Source: Candidatus Poribacteria bacterium (GTDB lineage: Bacteria > Poribacteria > WGA-4E > WGA-3G). From it: 64,000 nucleotides of DNA. Under the pieces are notes generated by a model. The model did no database searches. It was not told the DNA's origin and worked only from the letters and a program-made list of their open reading frames with translations. The position numbers were made by a program, and so were the translations under genes. Shown one piece after another: positions 28,091 to 38,774 of this stretch. Position 1 is the stretch's first letter. Each line of letters opens with the position of its first letter. The DNA lies in NCBI GenBank assembly GCA_965214095.1, contig OZ243938.1, positions 5,120,001 through 5,184,000 on the forward strand, written 5' to 3'.

Positions 28091-30832
28091 TTACGGATTT
28101 ATTTCCCAGAGCAGCACAGTGCCATCATCACTACCACTAACGAGGGTTTTGCCATCAGGACTGAACGCGATGCTTCTAACCCAAGCTGTATGTCCAGTCA
28201 GCGTTTTCTTGTGTTCGCCAGTGTGTGCATCCCATAAGTTGATGATACCGTCTACACCTCCACTCACAAGAGATTTTCCATCAGGACTGAATGCCAAACT
28301 GAACACCCAATGTGAATGTCCAGTGAGTGTCATCTTACTTTTGCCTGTCCCTATATCCCATAGGTGAATGATCTTGTCACCACCTCCACTAGCAAGGGTT
28401 TTGCCATCAGGACTGAATGCAACGGTCTTAACACCTTCAAAACTGTATCGACTATTCTTATCTTCTAATTTCTCGGTATGTCCAGTGAGTATCATCTTGG
28501 TATCGCCAGTGTCAACATCCCATAGTCGTATCGTAGCGTCCTCACTACCACTGGCGAGGGTTTTGCTATCCGGACTAAAGGCAACGCTATAGACTCTGTG
28601 CTTATGTCCGTTGAGCGTTATTTTATGTTCACCAGTATGCATATTCCAAAGTCGTATAGTCATATCCTCGCTACCACTCGCGAGTGTCCTTCCATCGGGG
28701 CTGAGTGCTATGCTATGGATACCCCACGTATGTCCGGTGAGTAGCATTTTGTGTTCTCCGGTGTGTGGATCCCAAAGACGGATGCCATCGTCAGTCCCAC
28801 AAGCGAGAGTATTTCCATCAGGACTGAAGACCATACTTGATGCTGCGTCATTAAACTCTTTGAATGTTCTCATTTGGTGTCCAGTCTTCGCATCCCACAA
28901 ACGAATAGTGCCATCGGCATACCCACTTGCAACAATTTGCCTATTGGGGTTGAACGCTACGCTATAAACATAGTCCGAATTTCCAGTGATTGCAGACTTT
29001 TGGTTGCCGGTGTTCATATCCCAGAAACGGATGGTGCCATCTCCACTTCCACTACTTGCGAGTGTTTTCCCATCAGGACTGAATGCTAAACCCCAAATAT
29101 CTCCCGTGTGTTCAGTGAGAATAATCCTCTGTTCACCAGTGTGCACATCCCAGATACGTACTGTTTCGTCTATATATGATGAACTTGCGAGTGTTTTCCC
29201 ATCCGGACTAAAGGCTATGCTTTGAACGTCCACAGAATGTCCTATGAGTTTTCGCTTGAGTTCACCTGTGTTTAAATCTGAAAGGTAGATAATACCATCT
29301 CTACTGCCAATAGCAACTGTTTTGCCATCCGGACTGAACGCTGCGCAAAATACACTATCAGTATTTTCCACTTTGAATGTTTTCTTATGTTTACCAGTGA
29401 TTGCATCCGATATACAGACTTCGCTACCCCCAGTCACACTAACAATTGTCTTGCCATCCGGGCTGAATGAAATATAACCGATATTTTCCGGGAGTCCAGT
29501 GAAACTATCCTTATGTTCTCCGGTGATAGTATCCCAAAGTTGGACAGTATCACCGTCTCCACTTGCTACTATTTTTCCATCAGGACTGAATACAATGGTT
29601 GTGTGCGAGTTCGTATGACCTATAAGTGTTTTTTGTGCACCTGTGCTTCTATCCCACAGAATAATCGTCCCATTCCAGTCTCCACTCACAAAAGTGTGTC
29701 CATCCGGACTAAATGTGAGGCGATTGACTAAACCCGTATGGTCTGTGAGCAGGGCGACCTCTTGATGTGTTGTTGCGTCGTAGAACCAAATTCCGACACC
29801 ACTTGCAACAGCAAGAATTGTCCCATCAGGAGAATACTGTATTTCACTTATCATACCTTTACCAAGGCGGGCTTTAGCATCTTCAGGTAGGTTCCATTGC
29901 ATAGGGTCTTGTGCTAAGTTGTTTTTCACTGTTTTTGTTCCTTCTGTTAGACCGTTGTTACTGTTTTTGCTGAGGTTAGTACCACCAACCCGGTTTTTCA
30001 ATTCAGGTTTTGATTGAAGATTCAAAATAATAGGCGCATCAACAATTTCAATAGCAATTTCTGATTTTGAATCTACACTATACGGCTTCTGAAAATTTGT
30101 GATGAGTTGTTTGCTCGCGCCCATCAACAAAATCACCAAAATAAAGGATGTACCTAAAGCTGCAAACGGTAGCAACGGTTTACCTCCTGATGGAGATGTT
30201 TGTTTTATGCTGTCAATACCTTGCATGATGTTTTCGGTTAGATTTGGAGGTAATGAAACACTGCCGAGTGTTTCCCGAATTATGGACTCTTCGTTCTGTA
30301 AACGTTCTCGTCCCCGTTTAAGTCGACTTTTAACAGTGTTCGAAGATACACCTAAAAACTTGCTAATCTCTTCACAACTCATTTCACCGAGATAGTGAAG
30401 GACCATCACCGTGCGTTCGCTTTCTGGAAGTTTTTCCATGAGCTTCTGCACGATTTTACGTCTGTGTTCAACGGCTGCGTCCTCACGCTGGTCACAGACA
30501 TAGTCCGCATAAGCAGTTTTTTCAAGTGTCTTTTCACTGGTGGAATCCAAGGAGTCCATGTCCATCCGCTTCTTTCTGAACCATGCTTTGCATTGTCGAT
30601 TGGTGATGACGTAAAGCCAACCAGCAAACTGACCCGGATTTTTCAACGAGGCGAGTCTTTGGTATGCCAGTAGGAAAGTATCCTGTGTAATTTCTTCAGC
30701 GATATGGAAATCACCGATTTTCCGCCAGGCAAGCGCGTGAACGCTTTTTTGATATTTTTCAACTAACGCACTGAAAGCAGTTTCGTCACCTGACAATACT
30801 TCTTGAATCAGTTCAAAATCATCTCTTTCCAT
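28091..30832 (-). CDS. ECF sigma factor - transmembrane - WD40 repeat fusion, paralog B
   Basis: Same architecture as paralog A; the first 191 aa differ at only 4 positions. Confidence 0.92.
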   Translation of the reverse strand: MERDDFELIQEVLSGDETAFSALVEKYQKSVHALAWRKIGDFHIAEEITQDTFLLAYQRLASLKNPGQFAGWLYVITNRQCKAWFRKKRMDMDSLDSTSEKTLEKTAYADYVCDQREDAAVEHRRKIVQKLMEKLPESERTVMVLHYLGEMSCEEISKFLGVSSNTVKSRLKRGRERLQNEESIIRETLGSVSLPPNLTENIMQGIDSIKQTSPSGGKPLLPFAALGTSFILVILLMGASKQLITNFQKPYSVDSKSEIAIEIVDAPIILNLQSKPELKNRVGGTNLSKNSNNGLTEGTKTVKNNLAQDPMQWNLPEDAKARLGKGMISEIQYSPDGTILAVASGVGIWFYDATTHQEVALLTDHTGLVNRLTFSPDGHTFVSGDWNGTIILWDRSTGAQKTLIGHTNSHTTIVFSPDGKIVASGDGDTVQLWDTITGEHKDSFTGLPENIGYISFSPDGKTIVSVTGGSEVCISDAITGKHKKTFKVENTDSVFCAAFSPDGKTVAIGSRDGIIYLSDLNTGELKRKLIGHSVDVQSIAFSPDGKTLASSSYIDETVRIWDVHTGEQRIILTEHTGDIWGLAFSPDGKTLASSGSGDGTIRFWDMNTGNQKSAITGNSDYVYSVAFNPNRQIVASGYADGTIRLWDAKTGHQMRTFKEFNDAASSMVFSPDGNTLACGTDDGIRLWDPHTGEHKMLLTGHTWGIHSIALSPDGRTLASGSEDMTIRLWNMHTGEHKITLNGHKHRVYSVAFSPDSKTLASGSEDATIRLWDVDTGDTKMILTGHTEKLEDKNSRYSFEGVKTVAFSPDGKTLASGGGDKIIHLWDIGTGKSKMTLTGHSHWVFSLAFSPDGKSLVSGGVDGIINLWDAHTGEHKKTLTGHTAWVRSIAFSPDGKTLVSGSDDGTVLLWEINP

Positions 30833-30852
30833 CAGAAACCTCCATAATCAAT

Positions 30853-30883
30853 AATTGCATAGGAATTGCATAGGAATTGCATA
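30853..30883. repeat. 11-bp tandem repeat AATTGCATAGG (2.8 units) in the 5' UTR of paralog B
   Basis: Directly visible. This leader is exactly 22 nt longer than that of paralog A. Confidence 0.8.
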
Positions 30884-30892
30884 CAATCTATA

Positions 30893-30922
30893 GTGACGCG
30901 ATTTTGTAAGGGATGGGTTGCA
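30893..30922 (-). promoter_or_regulatory. Putative ECF-type promoter TGCAACC-N15-CGCGTCAC
   Basis: Second copy of the motif at 27961-27990. Confidence 0.62.
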
Positions 30923-30958
30923 AGAATGTCAAAGTTGAAAGAAAAAATCTAAATTTTA

Positions 30959-31092
30959 TAGTAAAAATCATAATTATTTACACACTACGGTAGGTTCGGT
31001 TTCCTAACCGAACCGGTGTTTGTTCAGTGTTATAGATGCGGTTAGGAAACCGCATCTACCGTGGAGTGTGCACGTATTTTTACATTTCACTA
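30959..31092. mobile_element. TA-flanked MITE with inverted REP doublet
   Basis: TAGTAAAAAT...ATTTCACTA flanked by TA; homolog of 8209-8341. Confidence 0.75.
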
Positions 31093-31284
31093 TAAAGAAA
31101 ATACCCAATTAACGAGATAAATCCCGATAATTGGGTAATATCAAGAAGGAATAGCAGGTTTGCAGCAACTTTTATAAACAGACAATTTCGTCCAATAAAA
31201 GTTAAGGTATATCTTTCTATGACGTTTCGACAGAACTAAAGATACCTGTGAAACATTTGCTATAAGAATCGCATCTCTGTGAGG

Positions 31285-32202
31285 TTAACTAACTTCTGTG
31301 CCAGACATTTGCTCTAAAGCCAACAGCAATGCTTGCGTTCCTAAACGTCCATGTCCTTGTGCTTGCACAGCAGTGTAAAGTTGATGCACCAAGGCAAGTC
31401 CCGGTAGACTCAGGTTCATTTTTCTTGCTTCATCCAGTGCAATGCTCATATCCTTGATGAAATGTTCCACAAAGAAACCAGGGTCAAAGTCGCGCTTGAG
31501 AACCCGTGGGGCTAAGTTATCCAACGACCAACATGCAGCTGCTCCACCGCTGATTGAAGATAGCATCGTCTCCAAATCCAAACCCGCTTTATGACCATAA
31601 ATCAATCCTTCACACACACCGATCATCGTGCCAGAAATGGTAATCTGATTGCACATTTTGGTATGTTGACCAGCACCAGCACCGCCTTGATGAACGATGT
31701 TCTTACCCATAGCGGAAAATAGCGGCATAATTGCTTCTACCGCTGAGTCATCACCCCCGACCATGATAGAGAGTCGTGCTTCTCGCGCACCAACATCACC
31801 ACCTGAAACAGGGGCATCTACAGATGATACATTCTGTTCACTTGCAGCAGCATATATCTCCTGTGCAAGAGAGGGTTCAGTAGTCGTCATATCAACGATA
31901 ATACTACCTGATTTTGCGCCATTCAGAATACCGTTTTCACCGAGATAAACCTCTCTCACATCGGGTGGAAACCCAACGATTGTAAAGATGACATCTGAAA
32001 CTGCAGCAACTTCACTCGGTGATTCTGCCCATGTCGCACCATCATCAATAAGAGGCTGTGCTTTTGATTTTGTGCGGTTATAGACCGCCATTTCATATCC
32101 GAGATCCATCAGATGTTGACACATCCAACGTCCCATTACACCAGTTCCAATCCAACCTAATTTTGTTTTTGTAGGTTCTACACTCGTTATGTTGTCTGCC
32201 AT
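31285..32202 (-). CDS. NAD(P)-dependent beta-hydroxyacid dehydrogenase (3-hydroxyisobutyrate/tartronate semialdehyde reductase family)
   Basis: [46 protein letters not shown]. Confidence 0.92.
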   Translation of the reverse strand: MADNITSVEPTKTKLGWIGTGVMGRWMCQHLMDLGYEMAVYNRTKSKAQPLIDDGATWAESPSEVAAVSDVIFTIVGFPPDVREVYLGENGILNGAKSGSIIVDMTTTEPSLAQEIYAAASEQNVSSVDAPVSGGDVGAREARLSIMVGGDDSAVEAIMPLFSAMGKNIVHQGGAGAGQHTKMCNQITISGTMIGVCEGLIYGHKAGLDLETMLSSISGGAAACWSLDNLAPRVLKRDFDPGFFVEHFIKDMSIALDEARKMNLSLPGLALVHQLYTAVQAQGHGRLGTQALLLALEQMSGTEVS

Positions 32203-32313
32203 GATTCTCCTTTCTGAGTTACTGTGATAATTGATTCTTTATGATGAACAAATGATTCGAACAAGTCCTTAGAAGTTGTTGTAGAACATGCCAACCATAT
32301 CCACCATATTAAC

Positions 32314-33441
32314 CTATGTTCCCTTTTTATCCTTGAGCTTTGCTATTGTAGGTGCTTGAATTTGCGGTATAGCATCTTCTTGGATATCCTTTTTACTTCT
32401 TTTTATATCTTTTGCCAATTGCATTGCGATTACAATACCACCAGCAATAACCCCACAATAGACACTAAAAAAACGATTCAACAATACAAACGGTGTAATT
32501 AAATTCGCAGATATTAGACTCTTCATTAATACACTTTTTGTCCCTTCTGCAAACCCACTTGCACCAGGTGTTGGCATGAATAGGACAACAAAATTGTACA
32601 ACATTTCAACAACACATAAGTCCCATAATGACGCATTAGCATTAAATGATCTGATTACAAAGTAGCCACCACCAACCCGTGCAAAAATGAAACCAAAAGT
32701 AAGAGCCAAACTCAATAGATAAGTCCATTTGTGATTGCGAAGAATGTTCCTGGCAAAAGCACTGTGTTCCGTAGTAATTTGTTCTACTTTTAACTTAGCT
32801 CGTTCTAAGTATGGAACAGAAGGACTAAACCTTCTTCCTATTTGATCGGAAATCCAATAAAAAATACGAGATACGAATGCTGGTTTGAAAAGTAATAGAA
32901 GAAATGCCAGAAAAACGAAACCAAATATTAGAAAACTAAACAAACTTATCCAAGTTGTATCTTTTGGGATCAGTCTGGGGTCTAATAAAAGTATGCTACA
33001 TGCTGAGAAAAAGATAACGATTAACGTCGAAAGGAAGGCAGTAATTCCAGCTGTAATAGCCCCAGATAGCGGCACGCCAGATCTCGCGTATATATAAAGA
33101 TGACCAACGCCCCCTGTTTGGAATGGTGTAATTGCGGACACACAGGTTGTTGCTAAAATAGCACGGCAACTATCACGAAATCTAATTGAAGGACTAACTA
33201 TTCGAATAAAAATGTGGAATCTGAGTCCGCCGCACAACCAATCCAGTAACATGCATACACTTGCAGCAAGTAGAAATTCAAACCTTATTCCATAAAATAC
33301 CTGCAATAACTCTTCTGTCTTGTTTTCTATACTTTTTTGTGTGTCAAAACCCAAAAAAATAACCAAAAGCCCAACCAACGTAAATAAAATGAAAAGAAGA
33401 ACACCGCGAATCATTTTTTCGCGGCTCATAGGGGCTAGCAT
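32314..33441 (-). CDS. Lysylphosphatidylglycerol synthase TM / flippase-like membrane protein (UPF0104)
   Basis: Multiple TM helices, AITPFQTGG, PTPGASGFAE, RFFS.Y. Confidence 0.8.
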   Translation of the reverse strand: MLAPMSREKMIRGVLLFILFTLVGLLVIFLGFDTQKSIENKTEELLQVFYGIRFEFLLAASVCMLLDWLCGGLRFHIFIRIVSPSIRFRDSCRAILATTCVSAITPFQTGGVGHLYIYARSGVPLSGAITAGITAFLSTLIVIFFSACSILLLDPRLIPKDTTWISLFSFLIFGFVFLAFLLLLFKPAFVSRIFYWISDQIGRRFSPSVPYLERAKLKVEQITTEHSAFARNILRNHKWTYLLSLALTFGFIFARVGGGYFVIRSFNANASLWDLCVVEMLYNFVVLFMPTPGASGFAEGTKSVLMKSLISANLITPFVLLNRFFSVYCGVIAGGIVIAMQLAKDIKRSKKDIQEDAIPQIQAPTIAKLKDKKGT

Positions 33442-33494
33442 TAATATATATTACCTTTTGTTCTTACGTGTTTCTTCTTGCGTCTATGGATCAA

Positions 33495-34340
33495 CTATCT
33501 ATCAACAAGCGTTAACGTCAAACTGATGTCCATCGGCATGGCAGAATGTGTCAATGCCCCAACTGATATATAGTCAACTCCAGTTGCAGCAACTGCTTTC
33601 ACTCGATCCAATGTAATCCCACCAGAAGCTTCTGTGATTGCAAGATCTCCGACTCGCTGGACTACTTCCTTCATCATCTCAATCGACATGTTGTCAAGCA
33701 GCAAGATGTCTGCTTTTGCTTCAAGTGCTTCATTGACCTGTTCAACGGTTTCAACCTCTACCTCAATCTTCACTGTATGCGGTGCAGCCAATCTTGCTCG
33801 ATGAACAGCTTTAGTAATTCCACCAGCAGCAACTATGTGGTTATCCTTAATGAGAACGCCATCATACAGTCCAAATCTGTGATTCTGTCCACCCCCGATG
33901 CAAACCGCATATTTTTGTATCGCACGCCATCCAGGCGTTGTCTTCCGTGTATCCACAATCTTCACATCATAGTCTGTAACAGCATTGACAAACTGCGAGG
34001 TTAAAGTTGCTACACCGGAGAGTCGTTGTAAGAAGTTAAGTGCAGTTCGCTCACCGATGAGAATTGTCTTTGCATCTTCCTGTACCTCAGCAATCGGAGT
34101 TCCTGCCCTAACCGCATCACCATCATTGACAAAGGCTGTGAAGGTCAGACCAGAATTTAGTTTCTCAAAGGTCCTTTCTGCAACGGGTAGACCTGCAATA
34201 ACACCATCGGTTTTTGCCAGAAGTGTCCCGATACCTATTTGAGCGGATGGCACTGTTGCCTCTGTAGTAATATCACCGATACCGATATCTTCTTCAAAAG
34301 CAAGTTCGATTAATGTATCTACAGAACTGAGGTTAAGCAT
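33495..34340 (-). CDS. nadC: Nicotinate-nucleotide pyrophosphorylase (quinolinate phosphoribosyltransferase)
   Basis: EDIG.GDITT, ERTALNFLQRLSGVAT, DTRKTTPG, HRFGLYD.VLIKDNH, LLDNM, EASGGI, ISVGALTHS. Confidence 0.97.
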   Translation of the reverse strand: MLNLSSVDTLIELAFEEDIGIGDITTEATVPSAQIGIGTLLAKTDGVIAGLPVAERTFEKLNSGLTFTAFVNDGDAVRAGTPIAEVQEDAKTILIGERTALNFLQRLSGVATLTSQFVNAVTDYDVKIVDTRKTTPGWRAIQKYAVCIGGGQNHRFGLYDGVLIKDNHIVAAGGITKAVHRARLAAPHTVKIEVEVETVEQVNEALEAKADILLLDNMSIEMMKEVVQRVGDLAITEASGGITLDRVKAVAATGVDYISVGALTHSAMPMDISLTLTLVDR

Positions 34341-34435
34341 GTTTACTCGATGATTAAATGAGTCTCTCTAAATGAATGTATACGTCTTGATGTCGATCCT
34401 TAAACTAGCCTTGTGCCTTCCTATTTATATCCAAA

Positions 34436-34894
34436 TTAATATGAAACTCTAAGTCCTTTTATAGTCCCTTCTTCGTCAATTTTGATCATTGCCAAACCCA
34501 AGGCATTTGATAAATCATAACTTGCACGCCAAAATGATTCAGACAAACCATCCCAATTTTCTACTAATTCCTCAAGCGTTGTAGTTTCATAGTCGTCTAT
34601 AGGTAGTTCAAGCAACTCGTCTGGTGTAGTATCTTCAAAATAAAATATTTCATCTATACCAAGTTTCCACTCGCGTTCTAACTCACGCTTTTCATCAATT
34701 GTTAAAGTATAGGTCTCAATTACTTTCTCAAATATATCCTGAGTTTCTTCTTCAAGTTCTTTGAGTCTGTTTAATCTCTTCTCTTTTTGCCTCCAACTAC
34801 TTTCATTATAGTCGTCAACCTTCTGATTTCTTATTTTTTGTTTGCGAGAGGCAACACCGCGTTTTCGGTTTTTCGCTTTTCTTCCTTTTTTCAC
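34436..34894 (-). CDS. Hypothetical protein with basic N-terminus and acidic C-terminus
   Basis: 152-aa ORF filling the gap between co-oriented genes; no recognised motif. Confidence 0.6.
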   Translation of the reverse strand: MKKGRKAKNRKRGVASRKQKIRNQKVDDYNESSWRQKEKRLNRLKELEEETQDIFEKVIETYTLTIDEKRELEREWKLGIDEIFYFEDTTPDELLELPIDDYETTTLEELVENWDGLSESFWRASYDLSNALGLAMIKIDEEGTIKGLRVSY

Positions 34895-34915
34895 TGGATT
34901 AACCTATCAATGTTC

Positions 34916-34940
34916 AGGCGCGGTCTTAAACCGCGCCTAC
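34916..34940 (-). repeat. REP hairpin GTAGGCGCGGTTTAAGACCGCGCCT
   Basis: GTAG followed by an 8-bp stem on the minus strand. Confidence 0.6.
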
Positions 34941-34958
34941 TCAACTTAACAACAATCC

Positions 34959-35873
34959 CTAATATCTTTCTAAATAGGGTGTAAGGAATTTTTTCGCATC
35001 TTCCGTAACATCCCAGGCGTTTGCCCAGAAACAGAGATCAATAGAGAACCACTCCCCATCATAACCCGTTTCATCCATGATGACAGGAATAATAGCGTCA
35101 AAGTCCAACACACCTTCACCGAAAGGTGCGTGAGTACTTGTTTCATCATGATGCAGCGTATTATCAGAGTCAATGAGATGGAAATGTCCTATTTCTCCCT
35201 TCAACTGACGTGCAAGTTCAATTACACCGTTGTCACCCAAGGTCTCCTTCTCACCCACCTGTCGTGAACCAACAGTAGCACACATCTGCGCGTGACAGGT
35301 ATCAAACATTACCTTGAAATTCGGGTGATCCACAGCCTTCGGTAAATTGATTATATCACTCGGTTTATTGAACATAAAACCGGGTTCAAACTCCCACAGC
35401 ATCAACACACCGTGATCTTCAGCGACTTGTGCACAACGTCTCCAAAGTGAAACGATACGATCCCAAGCTTTCTCACGTTCAACTCCCTCTACTTCTTGCT
35501 CAGCATCAGACACAGTGTCAACACGGATTGAAGGTGAACCGAGATCAAGTGCAAGCTGTAGATTCCGCCTAAATAACTTGAAGTAAAAGTCGTCTTCTTG
35601 TGCTTCGTCCGATCCGGGTGCTGGATGTGACCAAAAATCTGCTGCCAAACCAGAGACTTCCAAACCGTAGTAACTAATCAATCCTTTGACAGCATCTCGA
35701 TCACTCTTCATCGGATAATCGTTGATGTCTATGTGCGGTTTAAATGCTCCGATTTCAACACCATCAAATTCAAGTTCACCCAACCGTTTTACGACATCGT
35801 CGAATGGTACAGGATTATCTTCATAAGGTCCAAATGCATAAGCCCAACTGCCAATTGACAATTTTTTTGCCAT
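34959..35873 (-). CDS. Sugar phosphate isomerase/epimerase (xylose isomerase-like TIM barrel)
   Basis: FDGVEIG, WEFEPGF, MFDTCH, HFHLIDSD, HAPFGEG.LDF. Confidence 0.87.
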   Translation of the reverse strand: MAKKLSIGSWAYAFGPYEDNPVPFDDVVKRLGELEFDGVEIGAFKPHIDINDYPMKSDRDAVKGLISYYGLEVSGLAADFWSHPAPGSDEAQEDDFYFKLFRRNLQLALDLGSPSIRVDTVSDAEQEVEGVEREKAWDRIVSLWRRCAQVAEDHGVLMLWEFEPGFMFNKPSDIINLPKAVDHPNFKVMFDTCHAQMCATVGSRQVGEKETLGDNGVIELARQLKGEIGHFHLIDSDNTLHHDETSTHAPFGEGVLDFDAIIPVIMDETGYDGEWFSIDLCFWANAWDVTEDAKKFLTPYLERY

Positions 35874-35934
35874 GTTATCCTCCTACAGGAATAAAATTAT
35901 AATTTACTTCAATCAATCACAATGTTCGCTTGAA

Positions 35935-37149
35935 TCATATACCAGCAACCAAATTCCGTACTTCTGTCTCAAGTTCAATCGTAATTTCTTCTACTGTCTC
36001 TTTCTTCTGTGTCTTGTATGCCTCGTAGTAGTTCAAGAGATTTATCGGTTCACCAGCACGTATTGATGCGACACGAGGTCCCCGCATACTTCCCTTACCA
36101 AAAACTTCTTTTTCCAACCTAAATATTACCTCAAGATAACGTTCCGCAGAAGGCTCCTCTGCTACATATCCATCGGTAATCGCAATAAAATTTATCAATC
36201 GTTCCAAATCAGGATAGAACTGTTGAAATTTTTGAAGTTGTTCCTCATGTATTTTACGTTCATATTCTGTCATCTGATCTATATCTCTGTATACCTCGGC
36301 ATCAACGATGTTTTTCAACGCACGAACACGGGTAAGGATATCGTTCTCAGATCGGATACCTAATATTTTCTCAACATGGGTTAATATCTGTTCCTTGAGT
36401 CCTTGAATATGTTGGTTCAGTGATGCTGTGGGGTCTACTTTATATTGATATTCATCTGCCAATGTAGAAAGAATGGCGATGCCGATACGTCTAAGACGTT
36501 GATAACGTTCAGCAGGCGTACGTGCATCAGACGGAAGTATACTTCGCTCTAAGTTCGCAAGTGCAGTATCAATAACGTTCCACATATCTTGTGTATAACG
36601 ATATTTGATTCCCATCGGAACAACAAATAAGGGTGTCTCAATTTCACCCTTTTTCATATCGTCTATTGCCCAGAAACAGAATTGCGCGACACCTCTTTCA
36701 AAACGCATCACGGTATCATTCTGGTGAGATATTTCCCCTTCTCCAAAGATAACAAGTGGCCATTTCCCCTCAACTAATATTTCGCGTGTTGTTCTGAATG
36801 CGTTTCTATCAGCAGTTCCACGGACCACTGAATAAACACCACATCGCTGCATCACAGCACTGCGGATTCCAAGGAAATTTCCTCTATCAAATACCTCTCT
36901 TGCTGACATATAGTAAAACGGTTGAGATAAATGTTTTGACAACAAGAACATGACATAAGGGTCATCTGAAGCCGCATGGTTGGGAGAAATTAACGTAGGA
37001 ATGCCACGTGTTGATTCTAACCTTTCAATTGTTTCCTGGTCAATGTCTAACGTCATCCCTTTCAGATAGAACCGGTTGACGATCGGCATGATTGCTTTGA
37101 CAACCTTTATGACGGACATGTTCGGTTTTGGAGGCTTAAAGTCTAACAT
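35935..37149 (-). CDS. 1-acyl-sn-glycerol-3-phosphate acyltransferase family protein
   Basis: PNHAASDD (HX4D), GVYSVVRG..DR.A, LVIFGEG. Confidence 0.85.
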   Translation of the reverse strand: MLDFKPPKPNMSVIKVVKAIMPIVNRFYLKGMTLDIDQETIERLESTRGIPTLISPNHAASDDPYVMFLLSKHLSQPFYYMSAREVFDRGNFLGIRSAVMQRCGVYSVVRGTADRNAFRTTREILVEGKWPLVIFGEGEISHQNDTVMRFERGVAQFCFWAIDDMKKGEIETPLFVVPMGIKYRYTQDMWNVIDTALANLERSILPSDARTPAERYQRLRRIGIAILSTLADEYQYKVDPTASLNQHIQGLKEQILTHVEKILGIRSENDILTRVRALKNIVDAEVYRDIDQMTEYERKIHEEQLQKFQQFYPDLERLINFIAITDGYVAEEPSAERYLEVIFRLEKEVFGKGSMRGPRVASIRAGEPINLLNYYEAYKTQKKETVEEITIELETEVRNLVAGI

Positions 37150-37222
37150 TACGTGCTACCGTGGGGTAACTCGGCGTGCACCTACCGTTGCGTATCACGT
37201 CACACGGTGTGCGATACTTTTC

Positions 37223-38329
37223 TTATAGTTCAGGTGGATAACAACAGATCACTTCCAGCGGTTCATCACCAGTGCTGACGATGGCGTAACTGGATAAACA
37301 TCTCGGTATGAAGAATGACTTACCACGTTTGATGGGAATATCTTCAAAATCACCACGCAGTACACCTTCACCACCTAATGTGACAAGTGCATAGAAACCT
37401 TTACCTGCAGGCATGCTGAGAGTTGATGTCACGGTCAAACGTGAACATCCAAAGTATTGTAACGCTTCCTCAGGAACGATTCGGTCTTCACGGTTATCAC
37501 CTTCTGCTCTCACAAGTTCAGGTGTCCGTCTGATATAGTTGTTAAGATAATCTAACTCAAGCTTGTCAAATTCAGCAGCATCCACTGCCAAATCCCAACC
37601 GAGTCCAAGGTGTCCATCTTCCTTATCATAAGGAAAACCTTCCCATTCGGCAAGTATATTCCAATCTGTCGGTTCTTGTGGTTCAAGGACACAAAGTCCT
37701 GTTCCGAGTGAATGCACAATCGGTGTCCGTAGGAAATAAACTTCTCCAACCTTCGGTTCAACGACATGCAAAAGACTTCGTAAGGTTTCAATATCTTGTG
37801 CTTCCATCAAATCACGGAAATCGGATTTATCTATCGTTTCTTTCCATCCAATCCATGCCTTGGCACCAGGACGCGTGCCGATTAATATCCACGCTTCGTT
37901 CTTGCCAAAAGGAGAATTGAGGTGTTCTAACGCAAAATCTGGATTCGGATGCCAGTGGATCGGAATGTGTGCTCCTTCGCCAACATCAAAAATCTTGAGA
38001 AGCACGCCTAAGTCAGTACCAAATTTGTCAACGTGCGCGCTACCAAGTGTATCTTCAGGAAATGCGTCCAAGAGTTCTTTTAATAAAACAATCTCTCCAC
38101 TTGGGAGTTGAACAAGACTGAAACCTTTTTCTGGAGGGTTATCTCTACCGGGTGTAATCGCTCTATTTGTGGAAAAAATCCATTCTTCTGAGTAATAATC
38201 GTCTTTCGGATCGGGTTCACCCATAAATTCTGCCCGAAGTTTGCCACCGTTATAGAAGTGCAAGTATGTGTTCGGTGCTAAAGCAATGGGTGCGCTTAAC
38301 ATTGACTGTAATTCTGTTTGTGTTGCCAT
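37223..38329 (-). CDS. Type I phosphomannose isomerase-like cupin
   Basis: SEEW, LLKIFD, IHWHP, GKNEAW, VHSLG, EPQEPTD. Confidence 0.78.
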   Translation of the reverse strand: MATQTELQSMLSAPIALAPNTYLHFYNGGKLRAEFMGEPDPKDDYYSEEWIFSTNRAITPGRDNPPEKGFSLVQLPSGEIVLLKELLDAFPEDTLGSAHVDKFGTDLGVLLKIFDVGEGAHIPIHWHPNPDFALEHLNSPFGKNEAWILIGTRPGAKAWIGWKETIDKSDFRDLMEAQDIETLRSLLHVVEPKVGEVYFLRTPIVHSLGTGLCVLEPQEPTDWNILAEWEGFPYDKEDGHLGLGWDLAVDAAEFDKLELDYLNNYIRRTPELVRAEGDNREDRIVPEEALQYFGCSRLTVTSTLSMPAGKGFYALVTLGGEGVLRGDFEDIPIKRGKSFFIPRCLSSYAIVSTGDEPLEVICCYPPEL

Positions 38330-38360
38330 ATTGCTGTCCTCTCTTTATCTTTATGATGTA

Positions 38361-38389
38361 ATTCTATCATTTTTGAGGCGGTTTGTCAA
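38361..38389 (-). promoter_or_regulatory. Putative sigma70 promoter
   Basis: Minus strand TTGACA-N17-TAGAAT with extended TG. Confidence 0.6.
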
Positions 38390-38406
38390 GAGTCTTTTAG
38401 GAGTCC

Positions 38407-38555
38407 CAGGGGTATTTAGTTTTAAGGATTCGTAGCCATTAAGGTTAGCTTAATGTTAAATCCCTAAATCGGACTAACCAATGGATTTGTTGGATTTATT
38501 GATTCTTGTCTGAACCAGGATTTTCAGGATTAGCAGATTTGCAGGATTGTGAGTT
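38407..38555. mobile_element. Left half of CAG-ended MITE (homolog of 13886-14294, reversed)
   Basis: Starts CAGGGGTATTTAGTTTTAAG and aligns colinearly by eye with the reverse complement of ~14015-14150, including the TGTCTGAACCAGGATTTTCAGGATT block. Confidence 0.65.
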
Positions 38556-38774
38556 TGGGACTCCAATGTTCCTATTCAAAGTGTGCCGTCTATTTTTCTG
38601 TGTTTCAAAAGCGCGAATACGAACAGAGAATTGGGGTTGGTTGTTTTTTCTATTTTTTTGTGAGTCGCTCTCCTGCTTGTTGTGGTAGGAGTTTGTTGGA
38701 GCTTTTTGTGTTGGTCGGTTTTTTGAAAAAACAACCAATGTCGCTTTTCTTGTTTATTTTCTTTTGATGTACTA

